From the NCBI GenBank assembly GCA_963733295.1, contig CAVTCS010000003.1, positions 960,001 through 1,024,000 on the forward strand: DNA of 64,000 nucleotides. The letters run 5' to 3'. Both the position numbers and the translations under genes were made by a program. Origin of the DNA: Vulcanimicrobiota bacterium (lineage in GTDB: Bacteria; Vulcanimicrobiota; Vulcanimicrobiia; Vulcanimicrobiales; Vulcanimicrobiaceae). Of this stretch, positions 40,950-52,187 are shown one piece after another (position 1 is the first letter of the stretch; each line of letters opens with the position of its first letter). The notes beneath the pieces were generated by a model, which saw only the letters and a program-made list of their open reading frames with translations, made no database searches and was not told the DNA's origin.

Positions 40950-40978
40950 TTGACTCCCGCCTGGCGGGGTGCTACTAT
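40950..40978 (+). promoter_or_regulatory. rRNA operon sigma70-type promoter
   Basis: TTGACT-17 nt-TACTAT upstream of boxA and the 16S gene. Confidence 0.8.
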
Positions 40979-41057
40979 AGCTGCCGTGACTCTGACGCCT
41001 CGTGCCTTCGGTACGGTCAGCAGTGATTCGGTCCGCACAGGGCTTGGCGGTGGCGTT

Positions 41058-41083
41058 CGTTCCTTGAAAACTGAGCAGTGCAG
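41058..41083 (+). promoter_or_regulatory. Leader boxA-like site and 5' arm of the 16S processing stalk
   Basis: gttccttgaaaactg; ctgagcagtgcag (41071-83) is exactly complementary to ctgcactgctcag (43024-36). Confidence 0.7.
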
Positions 41084-41325
41084 TAGCGCATAAGTTTGTG
41101 GGTCTCCAAGCGGAGAACAAACAGTGCGGCGGAAGCCGCATTTTTATTTGTTTTTCCGTACTTGAGAGATTATCAAGTCAATTCGACCGGTCCCGATCGC
41201 TATGCGATCGTGGCCCCTGGTCCCGAGCGAAGCTCGAGTCCGGGATGCCTGGTCAGCGCGTTAAATAGAGCCTCAAAAGCTCCGACAAGCTTTAGCGACC
41301 GGGTTTACCCGGCCGTTTGAGTATT

Positions 41326-42831
<1,506 letters not shown>

Positions 42832-43133
42832 AGTACATGCTACGGAATCGCCGGTCGCCGGCGTTTGCCGTGGCGTACATTCTAGGTCGACCACAAACGA
42901 TGCCTCATTTCCAGGGATCCGCCGGCCATTTCAGGCTAAGGTTGGGTTGAGGAAACGGCGCGACGTTTTTCAGACGTCGTTTGTGCCCATCTCTTCGGAG
43001 ATGGCCCGGCAGCGATCGAGCTTCGGCTCGATCGACGTGCCGGCTGCACTGCTCAGCTTTGAGGGAATGACCTCGAGCCGCAGTTTGCGTTCTTTTCGGA
43101 CACGCAACTGCACCGGCTCGAAGTCACGCCCTA

Positions 43134-43164
43134 TGATCTTTGAAAACTGCATAGAGAAGAACTT
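43134..43164 (+). promoter_or_regulatory. Spacer boxA-like site and 5' arm of the 23S processing stalk
   Basis: tgatctttgaaaactgcatagagaagaac pairs with gttcttctctatgcag at ~46921-46936. Confidence 0.7.
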
Positions 43165-43802
43165 TCATGTGTCAAACATGAGAGCGGGTTCGTTGCGCGT
43201 ATTCCGTACGCGTGGCGAATGCAATTTCAAAGAAAAGAACAGTGCAAAAAAACCGTCCGCCCAAACGGACGGTGCGTATAAAAAGTAAAAAAGAGCGCAC
43301 AGGTGGATACCTTGGCATCACAGGCGACGAAGGACGTAGCAAGCTGCGAAAAGCTCGGGGGAGCTGCTAACAAGCGATGATCCCGAGGTCTCCGAATGGG
43401 GCAACCCACGCGCCGTTATGGGCGCGTACTCCGCGATGAATACAATAGTCGCGGTAGAGCACACGCGGTGAACTGAAACATCTCAGTAGCTGCAGGAAAA
43501 GACATCAACCGAGATTCCCGTAGTAGTGGCGAGCGAACCGGGAAGAGCCTAAACCGTCTACGTGTAAGCGATCGGGCGTTGCGTAGTCGGGGTCGTACGG
43601 CGGCCGTCCTCGAGCTGATCCTCGAGGCAACAGTAAGAAATCCGAACGCGAGCAGAAGCCGGCTGGAAAGCCGCACCAGAGCGGGTGATAGTCCCGTACG
43701 TTAATGCATTCGGACTGTTGGAGCCGTTCGTGAGTAGGGCGGGGCACGAGAAACCCTGTCTGAAGCTGGGAGGACCATCTTCCAAGGCTAAATATTCTGT
43801 GA

Positions 43803-43851
<49 letters not shown>

Positions 43852-45343
43852 AAGGGGAGTGAAATAGAACATGAAACCGTGCGCTTACAAACCGTGAAAG
43901 GCCAATGCGCAAGCAAGGCTGATCGCGTGCCTATTGAAGAATGAACCTGCGAGTTACGTGATACGGGCGTGGTTAAGGTGTAGAGCCGGAGCCGTAGCGA
44001 AAGCGAGTCTGAATAGGGCGTTTGTCCGTATCAGTAGACCCGAAACCAGGTGATCTATCCATGGCCAGGCTGAAACGTGATTAACCTCACGTGGAGGGCC
44101 GAACCTGTCGTTGTTGAAAAAACGTTGGATGAGCTGTGGATAGGGGTGAAAAGCCAATCGAACCTGGAGATAGCTGGTTCTCCCCGAAATAGTTTGAGGA
44201 CTAGCGTCGCGTGTTAAGTCTTGGGGGTAGAGCACTGACAGAGCTAGGGGCCTTACCGGGTTACCGAACTCCATCAAACTCCGAATACCAGGATGTACTC
44301 CGCGGCAGTCAGACGGTGGGGGATAAGCTCCATCGTCAAAAGGGAAACAGCCCAGAGCATCGGCTAAGGTCCCTAATCAATGCTTAGTGGTAAAGGAAGT
44401 CGTTTCGCACAGACAACTAGGAGGTTGGCTTAGAAGCAGCCACCCTTGAAAGAGTGCGTAATAGCTCACTAGTCGAGTGAGGCGGCGCCGAAAATGTAAC
44501 GGGGCTCAAGCATTGAACCGAAGCCATGCGATCGCAAGATCGGTAGGGGAGCGTTGTAGCGTAGGCTGAAGCTAGACCGCGAGGACTAGTGGACGAACTA
44601 CAAGTGAGAATGCAGGTATAAGTAGCGAGAAATGAGGGTGAGAACCCCTCACGCCGGAAGTCTAAGGTTTCCTGAGCTACGTCAATCGTCTCAGGGTGAG
44701 TCGGGACCTAAGCCGAGGCTGAGAAGCGTAGGCGATGGCCATGCCGTTCATATTCGGCAACCACCGATGCCCGTTCGATCTCCATCGAACAACACCAACC
44801 GCGCAAGCGGCTGTTGTCGTTTGGTGGCGATCGTGAAGTGAAGGGATGACGCAGGAGGATAGGTCAGCGCACTATTGGATGTGCGTTTAAGCTGGTAGGG
44901 GGTCGTGTAGGCAAATCCGCACGGCAACTCCGAGAGGTGAATACGAGGTCCTTCGGGACTGAAGTGATCGACTCCACGCTGCCAAGAAAAGTCTCTAACT
45001 AGGAACATAGGTGCCCGTACCGCAAACCGACACAGGTAGACTGGCAGAGCATGCTAAGGCGACGGGAGAACCCCTGTTAAGGAACTCGGCAAATTAACCC
45101 CGTAACTTTGGGAGAAGGGGTGCCCCTTTGGGTCTAGACTTCACGTCGAAAGCCTAGGGGGGTCGCAGCGAATAGGCCCAAGCGACTGTTTAACAAAAAC
45201 ACAGGTCTCTGCGAACGCGAAAGCGGACGTATAGGGGCTGACTCCTGCCCGGTGCTGGAAGGTTAAAGGGAGAGGTTAGCGCAAGCGAAGCTTTGATCTG
45301 AAGCCCCAGTAAACGGCGGCGGTAACTATAACCGTCCTAAGGT

Positions 45344-45600
45344 GAGATGAAAAATCGTTGCCTCTTCACACGGTGACGTGTGTTGAAAACTTGGCCATAT
45401 GCGGGAATATCCTAAGAGCCCAGCCTACTAATCCGAGGCCGTTAACGCGACTCTGGTTAGTAACAATGGTTTGGGATTGGACAATCCGCAGGAAACCCCG
45501 CGGTCGCGGGGGATCCTCAGAGACTATATGCCAGGCTCCAGCTGCACGCAGCTGGATGAAGATAGAGTCCAGTCCTGTATGAAAGTACAGGAGTAAACTG
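45344..45600 (+). ncRNA. Group I intron (257 nt, ORF-less, IB-like) after 23S U1931 (E. coli numbering)
   Basis: Exons rejoin as CCTAAGGT|AGCGAAATTCC; 5' exon ends in U and intron ends in G; P atatgcgggaa, Q aatccgcag, R tcagagacta, S aagatagagtcc; P8 and P9 hairpins. Confidence 0.95.
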
Positions 45601-45642
<42 letters not shown>

Positions 45643-45900
45643 AGTAACGACTTGGGCACTGTCTCGATGGGGGGCCCGGCGAAATTGCAGTACCAGTGAA
45701 GATGCTGGTTACCCGCGGCAGGACGGAAAGACCCCATGAAGCTTTACTGTATCCTGATCTTGGTTCTTGAGATTTTCTGCACAGGATAGGTGGGAGACTA
45801 TGATCCGTGGGCTTTGGCTTGCGGGGAGTCAACGTTGGGATACCACCCTGAAAATCTCGGGATTCTAACTAATCGCCGTAATCCGGTGATAGGACATGGT

Positions 45901-45960
<60 letters not shown>

Positions 45961-46143
45961 ACCCTCAGATCGGTCAGAAACCGATCGTTAGAGTGCATAG
46001 GCAAAAGGGTGCTTGACTGCGAGACGGACAGGTCGAGCAGGTGCGAAAGCAGGGCTAAGTGATCCGGCAGTACCGAATGGAAGGGCTGTCGCTTATCGGA
46101 TAAAAGCTACTCTGGGGATAACAGGCTTATCTCCCCCAAGAGT

Positions 46144-46471
46144 CAATTGGGCTCCCCGCTCGAGCGATCGAGCGGTAAACAGTGGCTCATATCGGTGAAA
46201 CCCGCGTAGTCTAAGCTACGAGGGCAATACCGAGGGAAGAGAGTTTGTCGTAGTAAGGTAATGTCGCGCGGCGAGGACCTCTACGGACTAAATTCGGAAT
46301 CGCGGCTTGCGATCTCGGATATGTCTTACAAACTCTCCCTGTAACGACTTCTCACATCGTGTGAGAGATGGCGCCGGCTGCGTCTGCGGACGTAAATTCA
46401 TCGTCGCCATAACACGCCACCAACTCGAAAGAGTTGAAGGTATAGTCTGCGCTGCAAGTGATTGCAGAACG
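46144..46471 (+). ncRNA. Group I intron (328 nt, ORF-less, IA-like) after 23S U2473 (E. coli numbering)
   Basis: Exons rejoin as CCCAAGAGT|CCACATCGACGG; P1 gagt/gctc with U.G; terminal G; P atatcggtgaa, Q aataccgag, R gtaacgact, S aaggtatagtct; extra P7.1/P7.2 stems. Confidence 0.93.
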
Positions 46472-46472
46472 C

Positions 46473-46507
<35 letters not shown>

Positions 46508-46531
46508 ATCGTCGCATCCTGGGGCTGTAAT

Positions 46532-46568
<37 letters not shown>

Positions 46569-46576
46569 TACGCGAT

Positions 46577-46625
<49 letters not shown>

Positions 46626-46989
46626 TAGGAGACTTGAAGAGCGTCGACCCTAGTACGAGAGGACCGGGTTGAACGAACCGCTGGTGAACCGGTTGTCCCG
46701 CCAGGGGCATAGCCGGGTAGCTACGTTCGGACCAGATAAACGCTGAAGGCATATAAGCGTGAAACTGACTCTAAGATGAGGTCTCAATCCCGCAAGGGTG
46801 AAGGGTCGTGGAAGACTACCACGTTGATAGGCCGGGAGTGGAAGCGCCGCAAGGTGTGGAGCTTACCGGTACTAATCGCCCGGACACTTAAATACGCACG
46901 CTGTTGTTTTGGCACTGAAGGTTCTTCTCTATGCAGCTTTCCGACGCGCATCGCTGGAGCTCAGGCTCGCGGGCGCTTCGGGATCAAGT

Positions 46990-47107
46990 TTCTGGCGCCG
47001 ATAGCGGCGGGGTTCCACCCGTTCCCATCCCGAACACGGCAGTTAAGACCGCCAGCGCCGATGGTAGTCGGACCGCAGGGTCCCTCGAGAGTAGGTCAGT
47101 GCCAGAT
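46990..47107 (+). rRNA. rrf: 5S rRNA
   Basis: tctggcg...cacccgttcccatcccgaacacggcagttaag...gagagtagg...gccaga. Confidence 0.97.
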
Positions 47108-47118
47108 CAGAACGAGAT

Positions 47119-47155
47119 GAGCCCGCAGGCAGCGATGCCGGCGGGCTCTCTTATT
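47119..47155 (+). terminator. Probable intrinsic terminator of the rRNA operon
   Basis: gagcccgc-a-ggca-gcga-tgcc-g-gcgggctc followed by tcttatt; convergent gene downstream. Confidence 0.65.
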
Positions 47156-48131
47156 AGGCCGGCGGCGTCAACTTCCCGAGGAGCTTCTGCGCCGAGGCGG
47201 CCTCATCGAGTTGGCCTCCGAGGCGATAAAGACGGATCGCTTCCTTAAGGTCGGCGACGGCGTGGTTGACGTCGTTGCTCGCGGCATAGATCTTGCCGCG
47301 CAGCTCGTAGCCGTCGGGGTCGTCCGGACTCTTGGAAACGTAGGCATTCGCATCGTCCAGCGCGAGAGGCAGCTTCTCCAGCGAGTAGAGCGCTAGCCCG
47401 CGGTAATAGAGCGCTCCGCTCCGGTCGGGGTCGAGCAGGAGCGCCTTGTTGAGGTCGGCCAGGGCGGAGCTCCACTGTTGCTTGTCGATCGATGCGAGGC
47501 TCCGGTAATAATAAGCGAGCGAAAACTTCGGGCTCAAGACGATCGCCGCGTTGCAGTCGGCCAGCGCGCGCGTCAGGTCGCCTTTGTGCCGATAGGCGTC
47601 GCAGCGGTCGGCTAAGGCGTACGCATACAGTTTATCGAGCGAGAGGGCTTTGGTATAGTCGGCGATGGCTGCGGTCGCATCGTCCATAACGTCTTCGACT
47701 TCACCGCGGTTTACGTACGCTTCCGGATCGGTAGCATCGAGCTCGATCGCGCGATTGCAGTCTGCCAGGGCGCCGGCGTAGTCCTCGAGATCCCGCTTCG
47801 TATCGCAGCGAGTCGTGAATGCGTAGGCGTAGTCCGGGTCCAGCACGATGGCGCGATCGTAATCGACAATCGCCGCGCGATTGTTACCGCTGGACGCGAG
47901 CGCGTCGCCCCGCAGGACGTACGCTTCGGGAGACTGATTGTCGAGTTCGATCGCGCGGTTGAGCAGAACGATGGCGTCCGCATATTTGTGAAGTTTATAG
48001 AGACCGTTCGCGCGTTCGTAGAGCGACTTCGCCGACTCCGCCGGCGGCGAGGCGGCGGATTGCCCATACGCGGGAAGCCCGAAGGCTCCGAAAGCTAGAC
48101 ACGCGAGACCGAGAAGAATCTGCCGGCGCAT
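47154..48131 (-). CDS. Exported tetratricopeptide repeat protein
   Basis: Signal peptide, then ~8 TPR units (AY..RG...A.ADY..AI.LDP). Confidence 0.9.
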   Translation of the reverse strand: MRRQILLGLACLAFGAFGLPAYGQSAASPPAESAKSLYERANGLYKLHKYADAIVLLNRAIELDNQSPEAYVLRGDALASSGNNRAAIVDYDRAIVLDPDYAYAFTTRCDTKRDLEDYAGALADCNRAIELDATDPEAYVNRGEVEDVMDDATAAIADYTKALSLDKLYAYALADRCDAYRHKGDLTRALADCNAAIVLSPKFSLAYYYRSLASIDKQQWSSALADLNKALLLDPDRSGALYYRGLALYSLEKLPLALDDANAYVSKSPDDPDGYELRGKIYAASNDVNHAVADLKEAIRLYRLGGQLDEAASAQKLLGKLTPPA

Positions 48132-48191
48132 CGCTGCCGCTTCGGCGAAGCGGTGAGCGAATCCGCGCGCCGGGCCGTCACTCTGCAGGCT

Positions 48192-49256
48192 TCAGCCTCC
48201 GCTCGTATCGATCGGCCCGATCGTGAGCACCTCGAAGGCACTCGCCGGTACGGTTTTGAGCTGATTAAGATCGGTGTCGTTCCAGTTCGTGTTCGTCTCG
48301 CCGGTGATGAAGAAACTGCTGCCGTTGTCGGCCAGGATCATTCCGTATTTTTGCAGTCCGACGAGGATGACGTGTGCGTTACCGGTGAACGACGATATGT
48401 CGTAGCTCGCCTTGAGTCGCAAGCGCGTGCCCATCGGGGGAAGCCAGGCCGGGCTCGTGGAGCCGGCGTGATGTCGCGCCGGCAAGATCTGCCCCGCATA
48501 GGTGCGGTTCATCGTAAAGCGGACGGCATGATCGATCGCACCGGCCTGCACTTCCGCATAGCGTACGAGCCCGGCTGCAATCGGTAGGCCGGCTGCGTCG
48601 GCCGAAGTCCATCCATCGGGACGGTAGGCGTTGGAGCTCAAGTTAAAGACCGCGCCATTTGAGGCGCTCCAGCTACCCGGTGCGCCGGCCTGCTCGAACG
48701 TCTCGTACAGCACGCAGTTCGATTGATCCACGATAAGCATGTGCATGTCGGAACCGGCTTCGATCGCGGGACTCGATGGAATCGGATAGGGTCCCGGATC
48801 GCTTTCGGACGGGTAGCCGGTAAACGCGATCGGCACGAACCCGGGGCCCGGCGATGGGATCGTCACGACGTTGATCGGGATACCGTAGGTCGGATTGCTC
48901 CCGAAATCCGGATGAAGGTTGATGCTCCCGCTAGGATTCATCTCGGTCATGTAGTTCGCGGAATTCGGATCGGCAGGGAACGCGGTCGTGTTCGAGATGT
49001 CGGTGTTCCAGAGATTATCCGACGGAAAGACTTGGCACGTCCCGATCATCGGCTCGCCGCCGGGTGCACCGCTCCCGGTAGGGCTGGGATTCGACGTCGG
49101 CGTCGCGGTTGCGCGGGCGCCTTGCGTCGGAGTGGGCGTTGCGCCCGGCCTCGGGGTGGACGAAGGCCTCGGGTTGCCCCCGGACGGGGTCCCGCCGCCG
49201 CCGCTGCACGCGCAAACGAAGCACGCTGCCAAGAACGCCGAGCAAATCGATCGCAT
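48192..49256 (-). CDS. Secreted lipoprotein of unknown function
   Basis: Lipobox-like VCAC-SGGGG, Pro/Thr linker, globular domain (LHPDFG, ESDPGPYPIP, WTSADAAGLPI, YGMILADNGS). Confidence 0.75.
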   Translation of the reverse strand: MRSICSAFLAACFVCACSGGGGTPSGGNPRPSSTPRPGATPTPTQGARATATPTSNPSPTGSGAPGGEPMIGTCQVFPSDNLWNTDISNTTAFPADPNSANYMTEMNPSGSINLHPDFGSNPTYGIPINVVTIPSPGPGFVPIAFTGYPSESDPGPYPIPSSPAIEAGSDMHMLIVDQSNCVLYETFEQAGAPGSWSASNGAVFNLSSNAYRPDGWTSADAAGLPIAAGLVRYAEVQAGAIDHAVRFTMNRTYAGQILPARHHAGSTSPAWLPPMGTRLRLKASYDISSFTGNAHVILVGLQKYGMILADNGSSFFITGETNTNWNDTDLNQLKTVPASAFEVLTIGPIDTSGG

Positions 49257-49320
49257 GGGCGGTTTTTCCGCGCACGCGGTTCGGCCGCCCTCGATGGCCA
49301 CATCACTAATTCAACGTCGG

Positions 49321-50256
49321 CTAGGCGAAGGCAAAACGGTCCTTTCCGGCCGCTTTTGCAATGTACAACGCGCGATCGGCCGCCCAGGTGAGCGTCGATG
49401 CGTCCAAGCCGTCCCGTGGGTAGAGCGCCGCTCCGACCGAGCAATGGAAGCCCTGGAGCTTCAGGAGTTCGCTGATCCGCGCTACGCTCGAGACCGCGAG
49501 CCGGGGCTCCGCATCGAGCATGACGATTACGAATTCGTCACCGCCAATCCGCGCGACGACGTCCTGCGCGCGAGACATCGCGGTGAGTGCGTTGGCGAGA
49601 CGGTGGAGGAGGGCGTCTCCCGCTGCGTGGCCCGTTCGATCGTTGACCCGTTTGAAATCATCCAGGTCCAGCAGAAGATACACGAACGAAGTGGCGCGAC
49701 GTCTGCCCGATTCGAGTTCTTGTTGCAACCGCTCGTGAAGCGCGCGTCGATTTAAGAGCCCCGTCAGCGGGTCCCGCGAAGCGAGCTCTTGCGCCCGCTC
49801 GAAGATCAGGGCGTTCTGGCTCGCAACCGCGGCGATCGCGCTCAGGTTCGCGATCGTCTCCAGGTCTGCCGCGCCCGACACGTCGCTGCGGGGTCCGTCC
49901 GCATACAGAAACCCATAAGGTGCTCCGGCATGATTCAATGCCGACAAAAAGTAGCGGCGCCGTACGTCGACGAGGGGCGCCCAGAGGTCCGTCGCCGCTC
50001 CCCACACCGGAATCCCCGAACGGGCGGTCGCGAAGCTGCCGCCCGATGCCGGGCTTATGGCTACGTCGCTTGGCTTCAACTCATTGCCTTCATCGAAAAC
50101 GAGCCCGGCTCGCGCTCGTTGGCCTTCATCGAAGAAGAAGATCGCGCGGCCGAATCCGAGCGTGTGGTGAGCGGCGCGCAGCGTCTGCGACAAAACGTCA
50201 TCGACGCGCCGCTGCAAGGCGATTTGTCCGAAGGCGCGTGGCAGATCGCTTAACAC
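49321..50256 (-). CDS. GAF-like plus GGDEF diguanylate cyclase
   Basis: RDPLTGLLNRR, DLDDFKRVND..GHAAGD, RIGGDEF, ADRALYIAK. Confidence 0.9.
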   Translation of the reverse strand: MLSDLPRAFGQIALQRRVDDVLSQTLRAAHHTLGFGRAIFFFDEGQRARAGLVFDEGNELKPSDVAISPASGGSFATARSGIPVWGAATDLWAPLVDVRRRYFLSALNHAGAPYGFLYADGPRSDVSGAADLETIANLSAIAAVASQNALIFERAQELASRDPLTGLLNRRALHERLQQELESGRRRATSFVYLLLDLDDFKRVNDRTGHAAGDALLHRLANALTAMSRAQDVVARIGGDEFVIVMLDAEPRLAVSSVARISELLKLQGFHCSVGAALYPRDGLDASTLTWAADRALYIAKAAGKDRFAFA

Positions 50257-50269
50257 GTCGGAGCGAAAC

Positions 50270-51370
50270 TCATCGGCGCAGCGCGGCGAGCGACGTCATC
50301 CCAAGGTCGTCCGGATATTGCGATGCACCGCGCGCCACATCGATGTCCACGGCGCCGTCGGCTACGAGCCTCGAGAGCGAAGCCTCGAGCGTTTGCAAAC
50401 CTTCGCGCGCGTGCTGAGCGATCTGGCTCCGAACCTGATGAAGCGTTCCCTCCCGAATGAGGCGGCGCATGGTTTCGTTTGCGAAGAGCAACTCGACGGC
50501 CGCGCGCATCGAGATTCCGTCGCGGGCAGGAACGAGACGCAGTCCGATGATCCCGCGCAGGACGTCGCCGATGCGACGGCGGGCACGCTCGAGCTCATCG
50601 GGAGGGGAGAGCGCGATGAGCCGGCTCAGTACCTGAGGCGTTTCAGGCGGAGCTGCAAGGGCGGCGAAGACGAGGTGTCCCGCCTGTGCGGCATCGAGCG
50701 AGGCCTCCAACGAATCGAGGTCGAGGATCTCGTCGACGAAAATGACATCCGCATCGGCGCGCATCGCTCCGCGGATGCCTTGCGCGAACGAAGCGACGTC
50801 GCGACCGACTTCGTACTGGCTCGCGATCGACTGCTGCCAGCGCATGGTGTGCTCGATCGAGGATTGGATCGTTACAACGTGATGCGCGCAGGTCGTGCCG
50901 AGACGGTCGAGCAGCGCAACCGCCGTAGTCGTCTTTCCGTTCGCGCGCGGTCCCGCCACGATCACCAAGCCGGAACGCGCGCGGCTGAAGCTCGCGACGG
51001 CTTCGGGGAGCAGCAGCGAATCCAATTCGGGGAGCGTCGAGGGCAGAAGCCGTATCGCGAGTCGCAAGCCCCGGCGCGAGCGCGAGGCGTGAATCCGAAG
51101 GCCGCCTAGTCGAGGATCGATATAGATCGCGTCGGCCATCCCGAGTTTCTCGAGCCGCGCGCGCGACAAGACGTCGAACGAATGAGTAACGAACGCTTCG
51201 GTCGCGGCCGCGCTCACGGACATGCCTGGAACGCGCTCGATCTTGGAAAAAATGCGGAACGCGGCACCCTCGGCCGGATCGATGTGAACGTCCGAAGCCT
51301 GCCGCTCGCGGCCGCGGTCCAGCAACGAGCAGATGCTTTCCGCGGGCGCCCCAGACGCTGCCACGCTCAT
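50270..51370 (-). CDS. Degenerate PilT/PilU-like ATPase
   Basis: ASDVHI, GPRANGKTT, DVIFVDEI, AAQAGHLV, RRLIRE, GLQTLE. Confidence 0.8.
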   Translation of the reverse strand: MSVAASGAPAESICSLLDRGRERQASDVHIDPAEGAAFRIFSKIERVPGMSVSAAATEAFVTHSFDVLSRARLEKLGMADAIYIDPRLGGLRIHASRSRRGLRLAIRLLPSTLPELDSLLLPEAVASFSRARSGLVIVAGPRANGKTTTAVALLDRLGTTCAHHVVTIQSSIEHTMRWQQSIASQYEVGRDVASFAQGIRGAMRADADVIFVDEILDLDSLEASLDAAQAGHLVFAALAAPPETPQVLSRLIALSPPDELERARRRIGDVLRGIIGLRLVPARDGISMRAAVELLFANETMRRLIREGTLHQVRSQIAQHAREGLQTLEASLSRLVADGAVDIDVARGASQYPDDLGMTSLAALRR

Positions 51371-52170
51371 TCGAGGGTGGCCGCGAGCAGCGTGAGAATC
51401 GCGTTGCGCCGCGGTCGATCGACGCGACGGTCCAAGATCTCCAGGTAGTCGTCGCGGCGCCGGGTTCCGACGTAGGCGAGCGCGGCCTTCGCGGCGATTG
51501 CTTCGACGCGGTCGCCGAATGCGGCGAGGATATCTTCGCGTCGATCGATCGCGAGAAGCGCGTCGATGGCCAGCGAGCGCTCTTCGTCGCTGCCCCGAAC
51601 GAGGATCTCCGCGAAGGCATCCCCGGCCCCCTCGGATCGCGAGCGCGCCAGCGATTGAAGGGCCAACAGCCGAAGCGCACCGTCTTCCTCGCCGATGGCG
51701 TCGAGCAAGACGCGCTCGCGAACCGGACCCGAGGCAAGGGTATCGATCGAGCGAAGCAGCGCTGCACGCTCCCCCTGTCCCCAAGCCGCGTTCTTGGGAT
51801 CGATGAGCGCCGGCCAGGCGATCGATCGTGCCTGCGAGCGCAAGCGAAGACGCGTCAGCGGCACGACCCGCTCGTCGTCGATCGGGAGCGATCGAGCGGC
51901 GCGTTGCGTCTGCGCCGGCGTCGCGTCGGATTCGCATACGGGCGCCGAAACCTCTGGAAGGGGTTCTGCGCGAAGGTCGTCAGCGTGAGTCGCAGCGCAA
52001 GCGTCGACGAGCTCTGCGAACGCGTCCACAGGAGGCGCATCGACGTTCGCCGTTTTCGGATCCGAACGCTCGCGCGCCGAGTTGGCGTTCTTCTCGCGAT
52101 GCGGCATCAGCAATGCCGACCCCAGAGCGATCGTGGCTAAAGACGGCAAAATGAAATGAACGAGTTGCAT
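51367..52170 (-). CDS. Membrane-anchored HEAT-repeat-like hypothetical protein
   Basis: N-terminal hydrophobic stretch; E.GALRLLALQSL and DEERSLAIDAL helical repeats. Confidence 0.6.
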   Translation of the reverse strand: MQLVHFILPSLATIALGSALLMPHREKNANSARERSDPKTANVDAPPVDAFAELVDACAATHADDLRAEPLPEVSAPVCESDATPAQTQRAARSLPIDDERVVPLTRLRLRSQARSIAWPALIDPKNAAWGQGERAALLRSIDTLASGPVRERVLLDAIGEEDGALRLLALQSLARSRSEGAGDAFAEILVRGSDEERSLAIDALLAIDRREDILAAFGDRVEAIAAKAALAYVGTRRRDDYLEILDRRVDRPRRNAILTLLAATLE

Positions 52171-52187
52171 GGAGCAGCGTCCGCTCC

